Source: Baia soyae
GTDB taxonomy: Bacteria > Bacillota > Bacilli > Thermoactinomycetales > Thermoactinomycetaceae
Length of the DNA: 32,000 nt
NCBI RefSeq assembly: GCF_004341445.1
Contig: NZ_SLXV01000007.1
Location: 24,039-56,038 of the forward strand
Direction: 5' to 3'
Shown: piece by piece, positions 8,155-17,412 of the stretch
Layout: each line of letters opens with the position of its first letter
Numbering within the stretch: the stretch's first letter is position 1
Program-made: the position numbers and the translations under genes
Notes under the pieces: generated by a model
Told to the model about the DNA's origin: nothing
Databases searched by the model: none
What the model saw: the letters and a program-made list of their open reading frames with translations, nothing else

Positions 8155-9087
8155 TTACTCTTCTTTTAATTGTTGGGCGATTTCATCCAATTTGCGAAGA
8201 CGGTGATTTACAGCTGATTTACTTACTGGCTTAGGTAACAATTGTCCTAGTTCCGTAAGGTTTACTTCAGGATACTGTAGACGAGCCTCTGCGATCTCTC
8301 GAAGGCGATCTGGCAGCTCATCCAGTCCCATCTCTCGCTCTATCAGCTCTATGTTTTCCTTCTGTCTCATCGCCGCCAATATGGTTTTGTTTAAGTTAGC
8401 GGTTTCACAATTCACGAGTCGGTTCACTGAATTTCGCATGTCCTTTAATATTCGGATATTCTCAAAATGCAGTAGCGATGGGTGGGCCCCGATGACGTTT
8501 AAAAACTCGCCGATCTTGTCCCCTTCTTTAATATACACAACATAACCCTTTTTCCGCTCAATTAATTTCGCGTGAAGTTGAAACTCATTCATGAGTTCAC
8601 ATAAAGCTAAACTATGTTGGTAGTAGGTTGAGATAACCTCTAAGTGATAGGATGCACTATCTGGACTGTTCACAGAACCACATGCTAGAAATGCGCCTCG
8701 AAGATAGGCACGTTTGCAGCATGGATCTACAAAGAGAGCGGGCGAAATCCCTTCGATTCTCTCCCATGTATTCGGCCTCAAAATCTGTAAATCTGCTAGA
8801 ATTTCTTGAGCACGTTCTGTTACACGAACCAAATAAACATTATTCTTCTTCAAACGAACTTTTCGTTGAACCAACACTTCCGGCTGAAGATGATAAATAC
8901 TTTTGACTAACGTAAACATATAACGTGCTGTAGAAGGGTTTTCTGTGACCATGTCCATCACCAGATGCCTAGGCTTGAGATGAATCGTGCCATTCATTCG
9001 GACTAAGGCTGATAATTCCGCGCGTTTACAACAGATCTTCGACTCGACCTGTGTCAGTTCTTTTTTGGTTTCAGAGGTAAATGACAT
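8155..9087 (-). CDS. whiA: DNA-binding protein WhiA
   Basis: 310 aa. Degenerate LAGLIDADG-like core (AYLRGAFLACGSV) plus a C-terminal HTH (LGQLLPKPVSKSAVNHRLRKL). Conserved rapZ-yvcK-whiA order. Confidence 0.93.
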   Translation of the reverse strand: MSFTSETKKELTQVESKICCKRAELSALVRMNGTIHLKPRHLVMDMVTENPSTARYMFTLVKSIYHLQPEVLVQRKVRLKKNNVYLVRVTERAQEILADLQILRPNTWERIEGISPALFVDPCCKRAYLRGAFLACGSVNSPDSASYHLEVISTYYQHSLALCELMNEFQLHAKLIERKKGYVVYIKEGDKIGEFLNVIGAHPSLLHFENIRILKDMRNSVNRLVNCETANLNKTILAAMRQKENIELIEREMGLDELPDRLREIAEARLQYPEVNLTELGQLLPKPVSKSAVNHRLRKLDEIAQQLKEE

Positions 9088-9102
9088 AGTTATTCCTTCC
9101 TA

Positions 9103-10074
9103 TTAGCTCTTATCACACATGCGCTCTTGAATTAGGCGTAGAATGTGGCGGCTAATACGCTCTGCATCATGGCGCAAAACAGAGCGGTATAACAATAAGT
9201 TGTCGGCCAGTGGTTGACAGCCTAGTTGATGGACTAGCTCCAAATCTGGCAGAACCATGGTTTGATTTTGATTGGCGTATTGTTGTTGAATCACAGTAGG
9301 GGGAACTTCATTATTTAAAATGGCAACATCAAAAAAAGATTCACCCACATGGTCATAGATGGCACGAATATGATCGCTGGCGTGGAAGCCATCTGTTTCC
9401 CCTAGTTGCGTCATGATATTGCAGATGTAAATTTTTAGGGCTGGTGATTTTCGAATGGCCGTCGCCATATCTTTTACGAGTAGATTTGGAAGGATACTTG
9501 TATAAAGACTGCCTGGCCCTATTACCACCCCATCCGCTTCTAGGATTGCTTCAATCGCTTCGTCCAAAGGGAGCGGGGAAGAGGGTTCGAGATAGACTCG
9601 CCGAATGGGTTTGCCTATGTTTGGGATCTGTGATTCTCCTTTGACAACGGTTCCATCTATCATCTCAGCACATAGAGTAACATCTTGGACACTAGCAGGC
9701 AGAACTCTGCCACGGACCGAAAACACTCTACTTAGTTCTTTTACGGCCGTCGTAAAATCCCCCGTTATCTCCTTCATCGCGGCGAGCATCAAGTTCCCCA
9801 ATGTATGCCCTGCCAGTCCCTCTCCTGTTTGAAAACGATACTGAAATACACTTTCTAATAAAGGTTCTGTATCAGCAAGAGAGATTAATACATTTCGAAT
9901 ATCACCAGGTGGAGGCATTTGAAGATCCGTGCGCAGACGACCGGAACTTCCCCCATCATCAGCCACTGTCACGATCGCTGTAATATCAACCGGGAATTTC
10001 TTTAGACCACGCAATATGACCGAAAGCCCCGTTCCACCACCCATGCACACGACTTTCGGTCTTTTGGATGACAA
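9103..10074 (-). CDS. yvcK: YvcK/CofD-like gluconeogenesis factor (UPF0052)
   Basis: VVCMGGGTGLSVILRGLK N-terminus, 323 aa, adjacent to both rapZ and whiA. Confidence 0.9.
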   Translation of the reverse strand: MSSKRPKVVCMGGGTGLSVILRGLKKFPVDITAIVTVADDGGSSGRLRTDLQMPPPGDIRNVLISLADTEPLLESVFQYRFQTGEGLAGHTLGNLMLAAMKEITGDFTTAVKELSRVFSVRGRVLPASVQDVTLCAEMIDGTVVKGESQIPNIGKPIRRVYLEPSSPLPLDEAIEAILEADGVVIGPGSLYTSILPNLLVKDMATAIRKSPALKIYICNIMTQLGETDGFHASDHIRAIYDHVGESFFDVAILNNEVPPTVIQQQYANQNQTMVLPDLELVHQLGCQPLADNLLLYRSVLRHDAERISRHILRLIQERMCDKS

Positions 10075-10075
10075 T

Positions 10076-10951
10076 TTAGAAGCCGCCTTTCTCTATATCA
10101 CGATGGAGCACTTGGCAACGCTCATCCTCTTTAAAATCCTCATAAAGAGCTTCTGCCATGGCTACGGAGCGATGCTGACCACCCGTACATCCAATTCCGA
10201 CAACGAGCTGTCTCTTTCCTTCTTTTTCATACTTAGGAAGTAAAAACGTCAACATCTCTTTTAGTTGATCCAAAAAGCGATTGGTTTCTTCCCATTTCAT
10301 CACATAATCGGCCACTTCTTTTTGCTTCCCTGTCAAAGGCCGCATGGACTCAACGTAATACGGATTTGGGACAAAACGAACATCAAACACCAGATCCGCA
10401 TCAAGGGGAATCCCGTGCTTAAAACCAAATGACATAAAGCTAAGGTTTAATCCTGAATTATGTTGTTCCGAATACGTATGAACGATCTTTTCCTTTAATT
10501 CAGTGGGCTTCAAGTTACTCGTATCCAAAATTTGATGAGATCGGCCTCGCAGGTCACACAGTAGCTCCCGCTCTTGAAGAATCCCATCTAAAACCGTACC
10601 CTCTGGAGAGAGCGGATGAGTGCGACGCGTTAATTTATATCGACGAACGAGTGTTTCATCGTTTGCTTCGAGAAATAAGATTTGGTAGTTTACACCTCTT
10701 GATTCCTTTAATGATTCCAATGACTCTACTAAGGCACTAAAAAATTCACGTCCTCGTAAATCAATCACGAGTGCAACTTTCCGGAGTCCTCCATTGGTCT
10801 GCTCTAGGAGTTCAGCAAACTTGGATAACAAGATAGGGGGAAGGTTATCGATACAAAAATAGCCTAGATCCTCAAGACTCTGCACCGCAACCGTCTTCCC
10901 AGCACCGGACATACCCGTGATGACAACTAAATGTAACTCATTGCTTGGCAT
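10076..10951 (-). CDS. rapZ: RNase adapter / nucleotide-binding protein RapZ (YvcJ)
   Basis: Walker A motif GMSGAGKT, a C-terminal GCTGGQHRS motif, 291 aa. Confidence 0.93.
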   Translation of the reverse strand: MPSNELHLVVITGMSGAGKTVAVQSLEDLGYFCIDNLPPILLSKFAELLEQTNGGLRKVALVIDLRGREFFSALVESLESLKESRGVNYQILFLEANDETLVRRYKLTRRTHPLSPEGTVLDGILQERELLCDLRGRSHQILDTSNLKPTELKEKIVHTYSEQHNSGLNLSFMSFGFKHGIPLDADLVFDVRFVPNPYYVESMRPLTGKQKEVADYVMKWEETNRFLDQLKEMLTFLLPKYEKEGKRQLVVGIGCTGGQHRSVAMAEALYEDFKEDERCQVLHRDIEKGGF

Positions 10952-10982
10952 TGGTCATATCCCCCTTTGTTGTTAAGTATAC

Positions 10983-11011
10983 AAAAAAGATGCAGAGAAA
11001 GCATCTGCATC
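10983..11011 (-). terminator. Terminator after the thioredoxin-like gene
   Basis: GATGCAG (10989-10995) pairs with CTGCATC (11005-11011). The A-run at 10983-10988 is a T-run on the minus strand. Confidence 0.6.
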
Positions 11012-11036
11012 TAACTTTGGACAAGAGCGGGTCTGG

Positions 11037-11351
11037 TTATTCCAACTCTCGTAAAAAGGTAACGACTTGCTCTTTTGTCTTTGCATTGCGAGATGGGAGA
11101 CGTCCTACTTCTTTACCATTTTCAAAGACAATAAAGGTAGGGATTCCTTTTACCTGAAACTGCTGCGCAACCTCTTGGGATTCATCCACATCAATCATGG
11201 CAAAATCAAACGTAGAAGAAAACGTATTCTCAATCTCTGGAAGATCAGGCAAAATCCGTTTACAATCAATGCACCAATCTGCGCTAAATTCAACTACTTT
11301 GCGACCCGCGGTAATAAACTCAGGAAATGTATTTGTTTGAAGTTCTTTCAT
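11037..11351 (-). CDS. Thioredoxin-family protein with a CIDC active-site motif
   Basis: 104 aa. WCIDCK occupies the place of WCGPC, and the cis-Pro context GIPTFIVF is present. Confidence 0.8.
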   Translation of the reverse strand: MKELQTNTFPEFITAGRKVVEFSADWCIDCKRILPDLPEIENTFSSTFDFAMIDVDESQEVAQQFQVKGIPTFIVFENGKEVGRLPSRNAKTKEQVVTFLRELE

Positions 11352-11366
11352 TGATATAACCCCCGT

Positions 11367-13040
11367 TTACGTAATCGGATATTTGTCAAACTCCTTCATC
11401 GCCTTGGTGATAGATGAAGGGGAGATCCCGTATTTTTGAGCAACATTTGCTTTTGAAAGCGGGCGATCTAATTGGTTGGAAACCCAATACTCTAGTGCCG
11501 CTGCCCATACTTCTAATTTGCGAGCCGATTGAAGAATGATCTGCGACTTGGGCTGAGTAGACCAAGTCCTCCAAAAATCCTCCATCGCCATCACGATCGG
11601 CTCTCCAACTTCCTGCAAATGGGGCAAGCAAATCTGCCATACCTGCCCAGATAGATCTGACTCTTCGTTTTGACAATCGGACCGCACACTCCCTTGGAGA
11701 ATGACGGACAAGGCCTCATCTGGATTCATTTTCCGGACTTGCAAGATCGCAATCTCTTTTAACCAATCCGGCTCATCCGGACGCATTAAGAAGGCACGAA
11801 GAGCTCTCTCCGATTCAGCATCTTCAATCATTCCCAATGCGTAAATCACTTGCAACTTTGTATCCTCTTCGCCGTGCTTTAATCCCCATAACAGACTGGA
11901 GCGAATCAGAGGGCTTTCTTTTACCTGTTGCTGTAACTGTTTGGTATCGGTAATAGGTGCGCGCAACAACTGTTCCTCAAACGGAAGTTGCATCTGATAG
12001 CTCGCATAATGCAAGCTAGGATCTTCCCCGTCCAAGGCATTTAAAAAGAAAGAAGGAACCTCGGAATCTGGAGCCAATTGCTTTGCTTTATGCCAATATG
12101 AACGAGCACGGTCTAGCTTTCCAACACGATAGGAAGCAATCGCCGCGGCATGGTATAGTGCGGCATCTGGGCGATCTTCTAAACGAGCAATCCGGACAAA
12201 CAGTTCATACGCCACCTCATGCTCACCTAGAATTCCCATCGTGGTTGCTAGTTTGTATGCCTGATCTTTTTGCAAAGGGATCAAATTACGTAACATCTCG
12301 ATTAATTGTTCGTACTCTTCGTTCTTTCCTATATGGCTACATAGAACAGCCAAATTACAAAGAGCATGGATGTTATCTTCCTCAATCTCTAACACTTCCG
12401 TGACTGTACGGAAAGCTGAGTCCATCTGGCCCATATAGTAATAAGCTAATGCTAGATTATTCCGTGCAGGTAGAAAATCAGCATGTTCCTCTATGATCTC
12501 TTTTAACATCTCGGTTGCTTGCACAAACATACCTGTTTCTAGGAGTTGCCGTGCTGACTCATGCTTTTGGATATACGCCTCCGCAAAAAGTGGAACCACT
12601 TCTTTAGCTGGACGTCCTAATTCATAGGAAATTAGCATGAGAAGCTCTTCAGCCTCCTCTGCAAACTCACCTTCTGGATCACGTCCAAGATACTCCAACA
12701 AGTAGTCCTCAGCTAGCTCGAAATCTTCCATATTGGTAGCATTATTTGCTAGGTAAAACCAACACTCGGTGAGATTTGGATCTATTTCACGGACTACGCA
12801 CTCCAATATATCGTTAGACTCTTGAAATTTACCCATCTCCGAAAGAAGCCCTGCTAGATTACAGTGGTTAACTGGGTTTGAAGGTTCTTTTTCGGTAGCA
12901 AAACGGAAATATTTTAGAGCCTTTTCATACTGCCGTCGATCTAACATTTTTAAAGCACGTTCAAAAAAGAAGCTGGCATCTAAATTAATGCTTACTACTT
13001 TCTTGCTCGTATTATCAAATTCTACTTGTCTCTTCATCAT
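11367..13040 (-). CDS. Tetratricopeptide-repeat protein with a C-terminal HTH-like segment
   Basis: Multiple TPR-like A/Y/L repeats. C-terminal ANVAQKYGISPSSITKAMKEF. I prefer the start at ATG 13040 or 13037 (GGAGG just upstream) over the track's GTG at 13106. Confidence 0.75.
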   Translation of the reverse strand: MMKRQVEFDNTSKKVVSINLDASFFFERALKMLDRRQYEKALKYFRFATEKEPSNPVNHCNLAGLLSEMGKFQESNDILECVVREIDPNLTECWFYLANNATNMEDFELAEDYLLEYLGRDPEGEFAEEAEELLMLISYELGRPAKEVVPLFAEAYIQKHESARQLLETGMFVQATEMLKEIIEEHADFLPARNNLALAYYYMGQMDSAFRTVTEVLEIEEDNIHALCNLAVLCSHIGKNEEYEQLIEMLRNLIPLQKDQAYKLATTMGILGEHEVAYELFVRIARLEDRPDAALYHAAAIASYRVGKLDRARSYWHKAKQLAPDSEVPSFFLNALDGEDPSLHYASYQMQLPFEEQLLRAPITDTKQLQQQVKESPLIRSSLLWGLKHGEEDTKLQVIYALGMIEDAESERALRAFLMRPDEPDWLKEIAILQVRKMNPDEALSVILQGSVRSDCQNEESDLSGQVWQICLPHLQEVGEPIVMAMEDFWRTWSTQPKSQIILQSARKLEVWAAALEYWVSNQLDRPLSKANVAQKYGISPSSITKAMKEFDKYPIT

Positions 13041-13118
13041 TTTCCTCCAACCAGCATGATTCAACCACAAAAGCTGGTGGTTTGGTAGCTTGGGCAAGTA
13101 TACCACATTCTCCCTAAT

Positions 13119-14063
13119 TTACACACCAGACTCCGAACGAAACAAGGTACTGATCGATCCACCCGAGATAATAATATGAATGGCCTGTCCTAATAAAGGA
13201 GCAATCGGAATCGTTTTATACTTGTCACTGTTTGGCGTAAAGGGGATACTATCTGTCACCACTACTTCGTGAATCCCTGGATGGTTAAGGCGTTCCAAGG
13301 CATTTGCAGAAAAGAGTGGGTGCGTGGCACAAATGTAGGCGGGATTGGCTCCCTTTTCCATAAGGCCCTCTACTACACTCACAATCGTCCCCCCTGTATC
13401 GATAATATCTTCAATAATGATCGGGGTGTACCCTTGGACGTCTCCGATAATATGGGTAATCTTAGCTGAGTTATGGGAAGGTCGCTTCTTCAACATGATG
13501 GCGAACGGTGCATCTAGATAAGTAGCTAGCTTCTCAGCCATTTTCGCCCGTCCTGCATCTGGAGAAACGACAACTGGATTTTTGATATCTTTTTCTTTTA
13601 GGTATTCCGTAATGTAGTCTAACGCGGTTAAATGATCCACAGGGATATTAAAAAAGCCTTGGATAGCAGGTGCATGTAAATCGACTGTTACAACGCGATC
13701 CACCCCTACTGTTTTAAAGATATCAGCGACCATTTTCGCAGTAATCGGTTCACGAGGTGCATCTTTTTTCTCTTGACGGGCATAAGGATAATAGGGAACA
13801 ACTGCTGTCACACTTTTCGCAGATGCTCGATGTGCAGCATCTGCCATGATCAAAAGCTCCATTAGGTTTTCATGAACAGGAGCACCCATTGTCTGGATGA
13901 GGAACACATGACAATTACGAACTCCTTCTTCATAATGAACATAAATTTCCCCGCTTTTAAAACGGTTAATTCGAACCTCTCCCAGCGGTATCCCCAAATA
14001 TGTACAAATGTTTTGTGCTAGTGTAGGATTAGAGGAACCAGTAAAGATTTTCACATTCTTCAT
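13119..14063 (-). CDS. prs: Ribose-phosphate pyrophosphokinase (PRPP synthetase)
   Basis: 314 aa. PRPP-binding loop IIEDIIDTGGT, plus YARQEKK and VSPDAGRAK motifs. Confidence 0.93.
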   Translation of the reverse strand: MKNVKIFTGSSNPTLAQNICTYLGIPLGEVRINRFKSGEIYVHYEEGVRNCHVFLIQTMGAPVHENLMELLIMADAAHRASAKSVTAVVPYYPYARQEKKDAPREPITAKMVADIFKTVGVDRVVTVDLHAPAIQGFFNIPVDHLTALDYITEYLKEKDIKNPVVVSPDAGRAKMAEKLATYLDAPFAIMLKKRPSHNSAKITHIIGDVQGYTPIIIEDIIDTGGTIVSVVEGLMEKGANPAYICATHPLFSANALERLNHPGIHEVVVTDSIPFTPNSDKYKTIPIAPLLGQAIHIIISGGSISTLFRSESGV

Positions 14064-14160
14064 ATGGACAAGCAGCCCCTTTGGATGAGATCAGTCATTA
14101 TGAGTTGATTACCCCCATTATAAACTAGAACGGTTCCAGATTAAAAATAGGTGATGAAAA

Positions 14161-14868
14161 ATGTTAAAACAAATCGAGCGTATGAAGCCGTCCCTCTTTG
14201 GACTATTTACGAATCCGATCAGAGAATTTCGTTTGATTCGGGAGCAACCTCGTTTCGTTCTCTCTCTTCTCTTGCTCAGTTTCATCGTGTCGATAACATT
14301 CTATTATGTGGGAGAAACGATCGGTTCAAGCCCTGAAGCCATTGCCAATATTGAGAGACTCCAAGGACAAGCATTTCCTCCCGAAATAAAAGCCCAGGCG
14401 AATGTGTTCATGGGACTCTCTTACGGTTTCGCAGGATTCATGATTCCGTGGGTTACGTGTTTGCTAAACTCCCTTGTCCTTTTCCTACTTGTGAAGGCTT
14501 ATCAAGGAAAAGCAACCTTTAAACAACTCTATGCTTTTTCCGCCCATTTGTATCTCTTAACCACGCTATCACTGATCGCTGACTTTTTAGTTAATCGACT
14601 GGCTGGACATCCTCTTGGTGCCCCTGTTACCAGCTTGGGTGTATTGTTTCCAGACCTCTCTGGAGGATTGCTATCTTCCTTACTAAGCTATCTCTCGCTA
14701 TTTACCATTTGGTATGCAATCTGGCTCATCTCAGGCTTACAAGAGATCACTGGATTATCCAAACAACATTCTCAGATCGTCGCGATCCTGTTTCTGGTCA
14801 TCGGATTCTTTGGACTTACCAATGTGACGATTTTTTATCCAGATATCGCAACGATGCTCATTCGTTAA
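14161..14868 (+). CDS. Multi-pass membrane protein, Yip1-domain-like
   Basis: 235 aa with about 5 hydrophobic spans and an AGGTG SD 7 nt upstream. The family assignment is tentative. Confidence 0.6.
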   Translation: MLKQIERMKPSLFGLFTNPIREFRLIREQPRFVLSLLLLSFIVSITFYYVGETIGSSPEAIANIERLQGQAFPPEIKAQANVFMGLSYGFAGFMIPWVTCLLNSLVLFLLVKAYQGKATFKQLYAFSAHLYLLTTLSLIADFLVNRLAGHPLGAPVTSLGVLFPDLSGGLLSSLLSYLSLFTIWYAIWLISGLQEITGLSKQHSQIVAILFLVIGFFGLTNVTIFYPDIATMLIR

Positions 14869-14876
14869 AATAAATA

Positions 14877-14915
14877 AAGGTAGATCCAATCTCTCGGTTG
14901 GATCTACCTTTATTT
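14877..14915. terminator. Bidirectional terminator
   Basis: AAGGTAGATCCAA (14877-14889) pairs with TTGGATCTACCTT (14898-14910). An A-rich run lies to the left and TATTTT to the right, between convergent genes. Confidence 0.8.
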
Positions 14916-14922
14916 TGACAAG

Positions 14923-15546
14923 CTACTTCTCTTGTCCATTGCCTCGATATACAACTTGTGTCAAAAACTGATTCAATAGCTGTGTTCCATAAGCACCACT
15001 TTTTTCAGGATGAAACTGCATCCCGACTAAATTTCCTCTCGACACTATAGCAGGAATGGACTCCTGATAGTTTGTATAACCGACTACATCATCTTCATTT
15101 TCCGCATCTACTAAGTATGAATGGGAAAAGTAAACCTTATTTTCTTCAAGGCCTTTGTAGAGACGATGTGGATGTCTAAACTTTAGCCAATTCCATCCCT
15201 TGTGAATCACACCATCCCCTTCTAATTTCTGTACATGACCCGGTAACAGATTCAAGCCTTGGTGGTAGCCTCCCTCATCACTACTTGTAAAGAAGAGTTG
15301 CATTCCTAAATTGATCCCCAAAATAGGCTTCCCTGAAAAAAACTCTTCCTTCACTACATGGTCCAATCCTGAGCTAGCTAAACCTGCCATTCCCTCACCA
15401 AACGTGCCGTCACCCGTTAGAATGATTCCCGTTGCCATTCGAACATCTGAGGCCTCTGTCGCGACTACATACGAACCCCCTAAATCATCCAACACTTTTA
15501 ATAGGCCCTCTACATTATTTACACCGTAATCCAAGACAGCGATCAT
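14923..15546 (-). CDS. HisH-like class I glutamine amidotransferase homologue lacking the nucleophile Cys
   Basis: MIAVLDYGVNN..., GINLGMQ in place of GICLGMQ, and QFHPEKS retained. The start is set at ATG 15546 (AGGAG 9 nt upstream), the canonical HisH N-terminus. The track start at 15606 would overlap the upstream gene. Confidence 0.8.
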   Translation of the reverse strand: MIAVLDYGVNNVEGLLKVLDDLGGSYVVATEASDVRMATGIILTGDGTFGEGMAGLASSGLDHVVKEEFFSGKPILGINLGMQLFFTSSDEGGYHQGLNLLPGHVQKLEGDGVIHKGWNWLKFRHPHRLYKGLEENKVYFSHSYLVDAENEDDVVGYTNYQESIPAIVSRGNLVGMQFHPEKSGAYGTQLLNQFLTQVVYRGNGQEK

Positions 15547-15578
15547 ATCATCAAACTCCTCTCGTAACCGAACTCGAT

Positions 15579-16157
15579 CTAGTCTCTTACATTTTCTTTC
15601 ATCCAAAGAGCCATTTTATCGAGCATTTTTCGTCTATAAGAAAAGGATAATCGTTGTTCGATATCCATATCAGCCAACACTTGATTTCCACCATCAGGCA
15701 CAAAAAGGGGATCGTAAGGGAATCCTACATTGGTCAGCGAATCGGTAGTAGGGATTCCTTCGACAATGGTTCCTTTTGTCATACCGGAAAATATTTTCTT
15801 CTGACCATGCGAATACAACGCAATCGCTCCTTCAAATCGAGCGCTGCGATCTTCCCCCGCTAATAACTTCTCAATCCCGTGGTATCCGATCCGTTGAAAG
15901 ACCCGCTTCGCTAAGACCCCAGGGAATAAAGGATATGCTTGAAAAAATATACCCGCATCATCTACCATCACTCGTTGCAACTCAGGGTGAACTTGCAACA
16001 CTTGCTCTAACTTTTGCATGGCAATCTCTTGCACAGTTCCTTCATCTGGCTCTATATAATTCACTTCTAGGCCCAAAACTTGATATCCTATCGGCTCTAG
16101 GACTTGCCTTGCTTCGTTTAACTTAGATTCGTTCATAGTAGCAAAATAGATCTTCAT
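15579..16157 (-). CDS. Non-canonical purine NTP pyrophosphatase, Ham1/ITPA type
   Basis: FATMNESKLNEA (the xTxNxxKxxE motif), VDDAG, EKLLAGEDRSARF, GFPYDPLFVPDG, SYRRK. By eye it resembles the eukaryote/archaeal ITPA pattern more than RdgB. Confidence 0.8.
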   Translation of the reverse strand: MKIYFATMNESKLNEARQVLEPIGYQVLGLEVNYIEPDEGTVQEIAMQKLEQVLQVHPELQRVMVDDAGIFFQAYPLFPGVLAKRVFQRIGYHGIEKLLAGEDRSARFEGAIALYSHGQKKIFSGMTKGTIVEGIPTTDSLTNVGFPYDPLFVPDGGNQVLADMDIEQRLSFSYRRKMLDKMALWMKENVRD

Positions 16158-16258
16158 ATTCTTCGACTCCTGATGAAATTTCGTCTCGAAAGAAAAAAGC
16201 AGGCGTTTTTTCTTGCAAAATCATGTACAATGAGGATAACCAACGCACAAATGACCGA

Positions 16259-16296
16259 AAGCCTCTTGTGACCAATTATGCACGAGAGGCTTTTGT
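16259..16296 (+). promoter_or_regulatory. Terminator-like hairpin in the pyrD leader (possible attenuator)
   Basis: AAGCCTCTTGTG (16259-16270) pairs with CACGAGAGGCTT (16281-16292) using one G-U pair, then TTTTGT. It ends about 25 nt before the pyrD ATG. It contains GAGAGGCT, part of the remembered PyrR-binding consensus. Confidence 0.45.
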
Positions 16297-16320
16297 ATGA
16301 CGTAAGGAGAGGATAACCAA

Positions 16321-17412
16321 ATGTACCCAATCATGAAAAAAGTCTTATTTCGCATGGATCCTGAGGTAGCACATGAATGGACCGTTCGATCCTTACAAAC
16401 CCTTCAACGAATGTCTTACCTAGCTAAAACCATCCAACAAAAATGGGAAGTAAAACATCCTTCACTATCCTCCCAAGTAGTTGGGGTATCATTTCCAAAT
16501 CCAGTGGGGCTAGCCGCAGGTTTTGATAAACACGCCAACGTGTATCCTGCTTTGGCCCACTTGGGTTTTGGCTTTGTAGAAGTAGGCACTCTCACCCCGC
16601 GTCCTCAATCTGGAAACGATCGCCCCCGTTTGTTCCGTTTACCTGAAGACCAAGCGATTATTAATCGAATGGGCTTCAATAACCATGGGGTAGAAGATGC
16701 GGTTCGTTCTTTTCAGACGCTCTCACGTCCTACCATCCCGATCGGAATCAATCTCGGGAAAAACAAAAACACTCCCAATGAACAGGCTAGTCAGGACTAT
16801 ATCATTGGGCTTCAAACGCTCTATCTATATGGGGACTACTTCGTAATCAATATCAGTTCCCCTAATACACAGGGTTTACGAGATCTACAAGAGGCAAACG
16901 CACTTAAGAAATTGCTAACGGATATCTTGCAGACAAGAGATCACTGCATTCAATCGCATCAAGTGAAAAAGCCGATTTTCCTCAAGATCGCCCCTGATCT
17001 AACAGAGGAACAACTTACCGAAATCATAGAGATTGTTTTACATACAAACATCGACGGAATGATCGCAACCAACACTACCTTATCGCGAGAAGGGCTTCAG
17101 AATCAAGTATCCAGCCATGAAACAGGCGGATTAAGCGGACGCCCACTGACCAGTCGTTCTACTGAGTGGATCTCACAAATATACCGCATCACTCAAGGTA
17201 AGCTACCGATCATCGGCGTCGGCGGAATCTTTACCGCTGAAGATGCTTATGCCAAAATCCGCGCAGGTGCTAGTCTCGTTCAAATTTACACAGGCATGAT
17301 TTACCAAGGGCCTGCTGTGGTGAAGCAGATTAATCAAGGGCTCGTACAGTTGCTAGAAAGAGATGGCTTTCCATCGGTAGAAGATGCGGTTGGAGTGGAT
17401 GTTTCTATTTAG
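16321..17412 (+). CDS. pyrD: Dihydroorotate dehydrogenase, class 2 (quinone-dependent)
   Basis: 363 aa with the class 2 N-terminal extension. Motifs GLAAGFDK, NISSPNTQGLR (Ser catalytic base) and GVGGI. Confidence 0.9.
   Translation: MYPIMKKVLFRMDPEVAHEWTVRSLQTLQRMSYLAKTIQQKWEVKHPSLSSQVVGVSFPNPVGLAAGFDKHANVYPALAHLGFGFVEVGTLTPRPQSGNDRPRLFRLPEDQAIINRMGFNNHGVEDAVRSFQTLSRPTIPIGINLGKNKNTPNEQASQDYIIGLQTLYLYGDYFVINISSPNTQGLRDLQEANALKKLLTDILQTRDHCIQSHQVKKPIFLKIAPDLTEEQLTEIIEIVLHTNIDGMIATNTTLSREGLQNQVSSHETGGLSGRPLTSRSTEWISQIYRITQGKLPIIGVGGIFTAEDAYAKIRAGASLVQIYTGMIYQGPAVVKQINQGLVQLLERDGFPSVEDAVGVDVSI

Noticed and set aside
15547-15606. Upstream extensions of several ORFs: hisH-like to 15606, TPR to 13106, hprK to 19961, deacetylase to 7003
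   Set aside because: Internal ATG codons have better SD spacing and give the canonical family N-termini. The extended versions overlap neighbouring genes or lack an SD.
17405-17412. 8-bp convergent overlap of the pyrD and acetyltransferase 3' ends with no terminator between them
   Set aside because: Short convergent overlaps are common and I see no additional structure, so it is not worth a finding.
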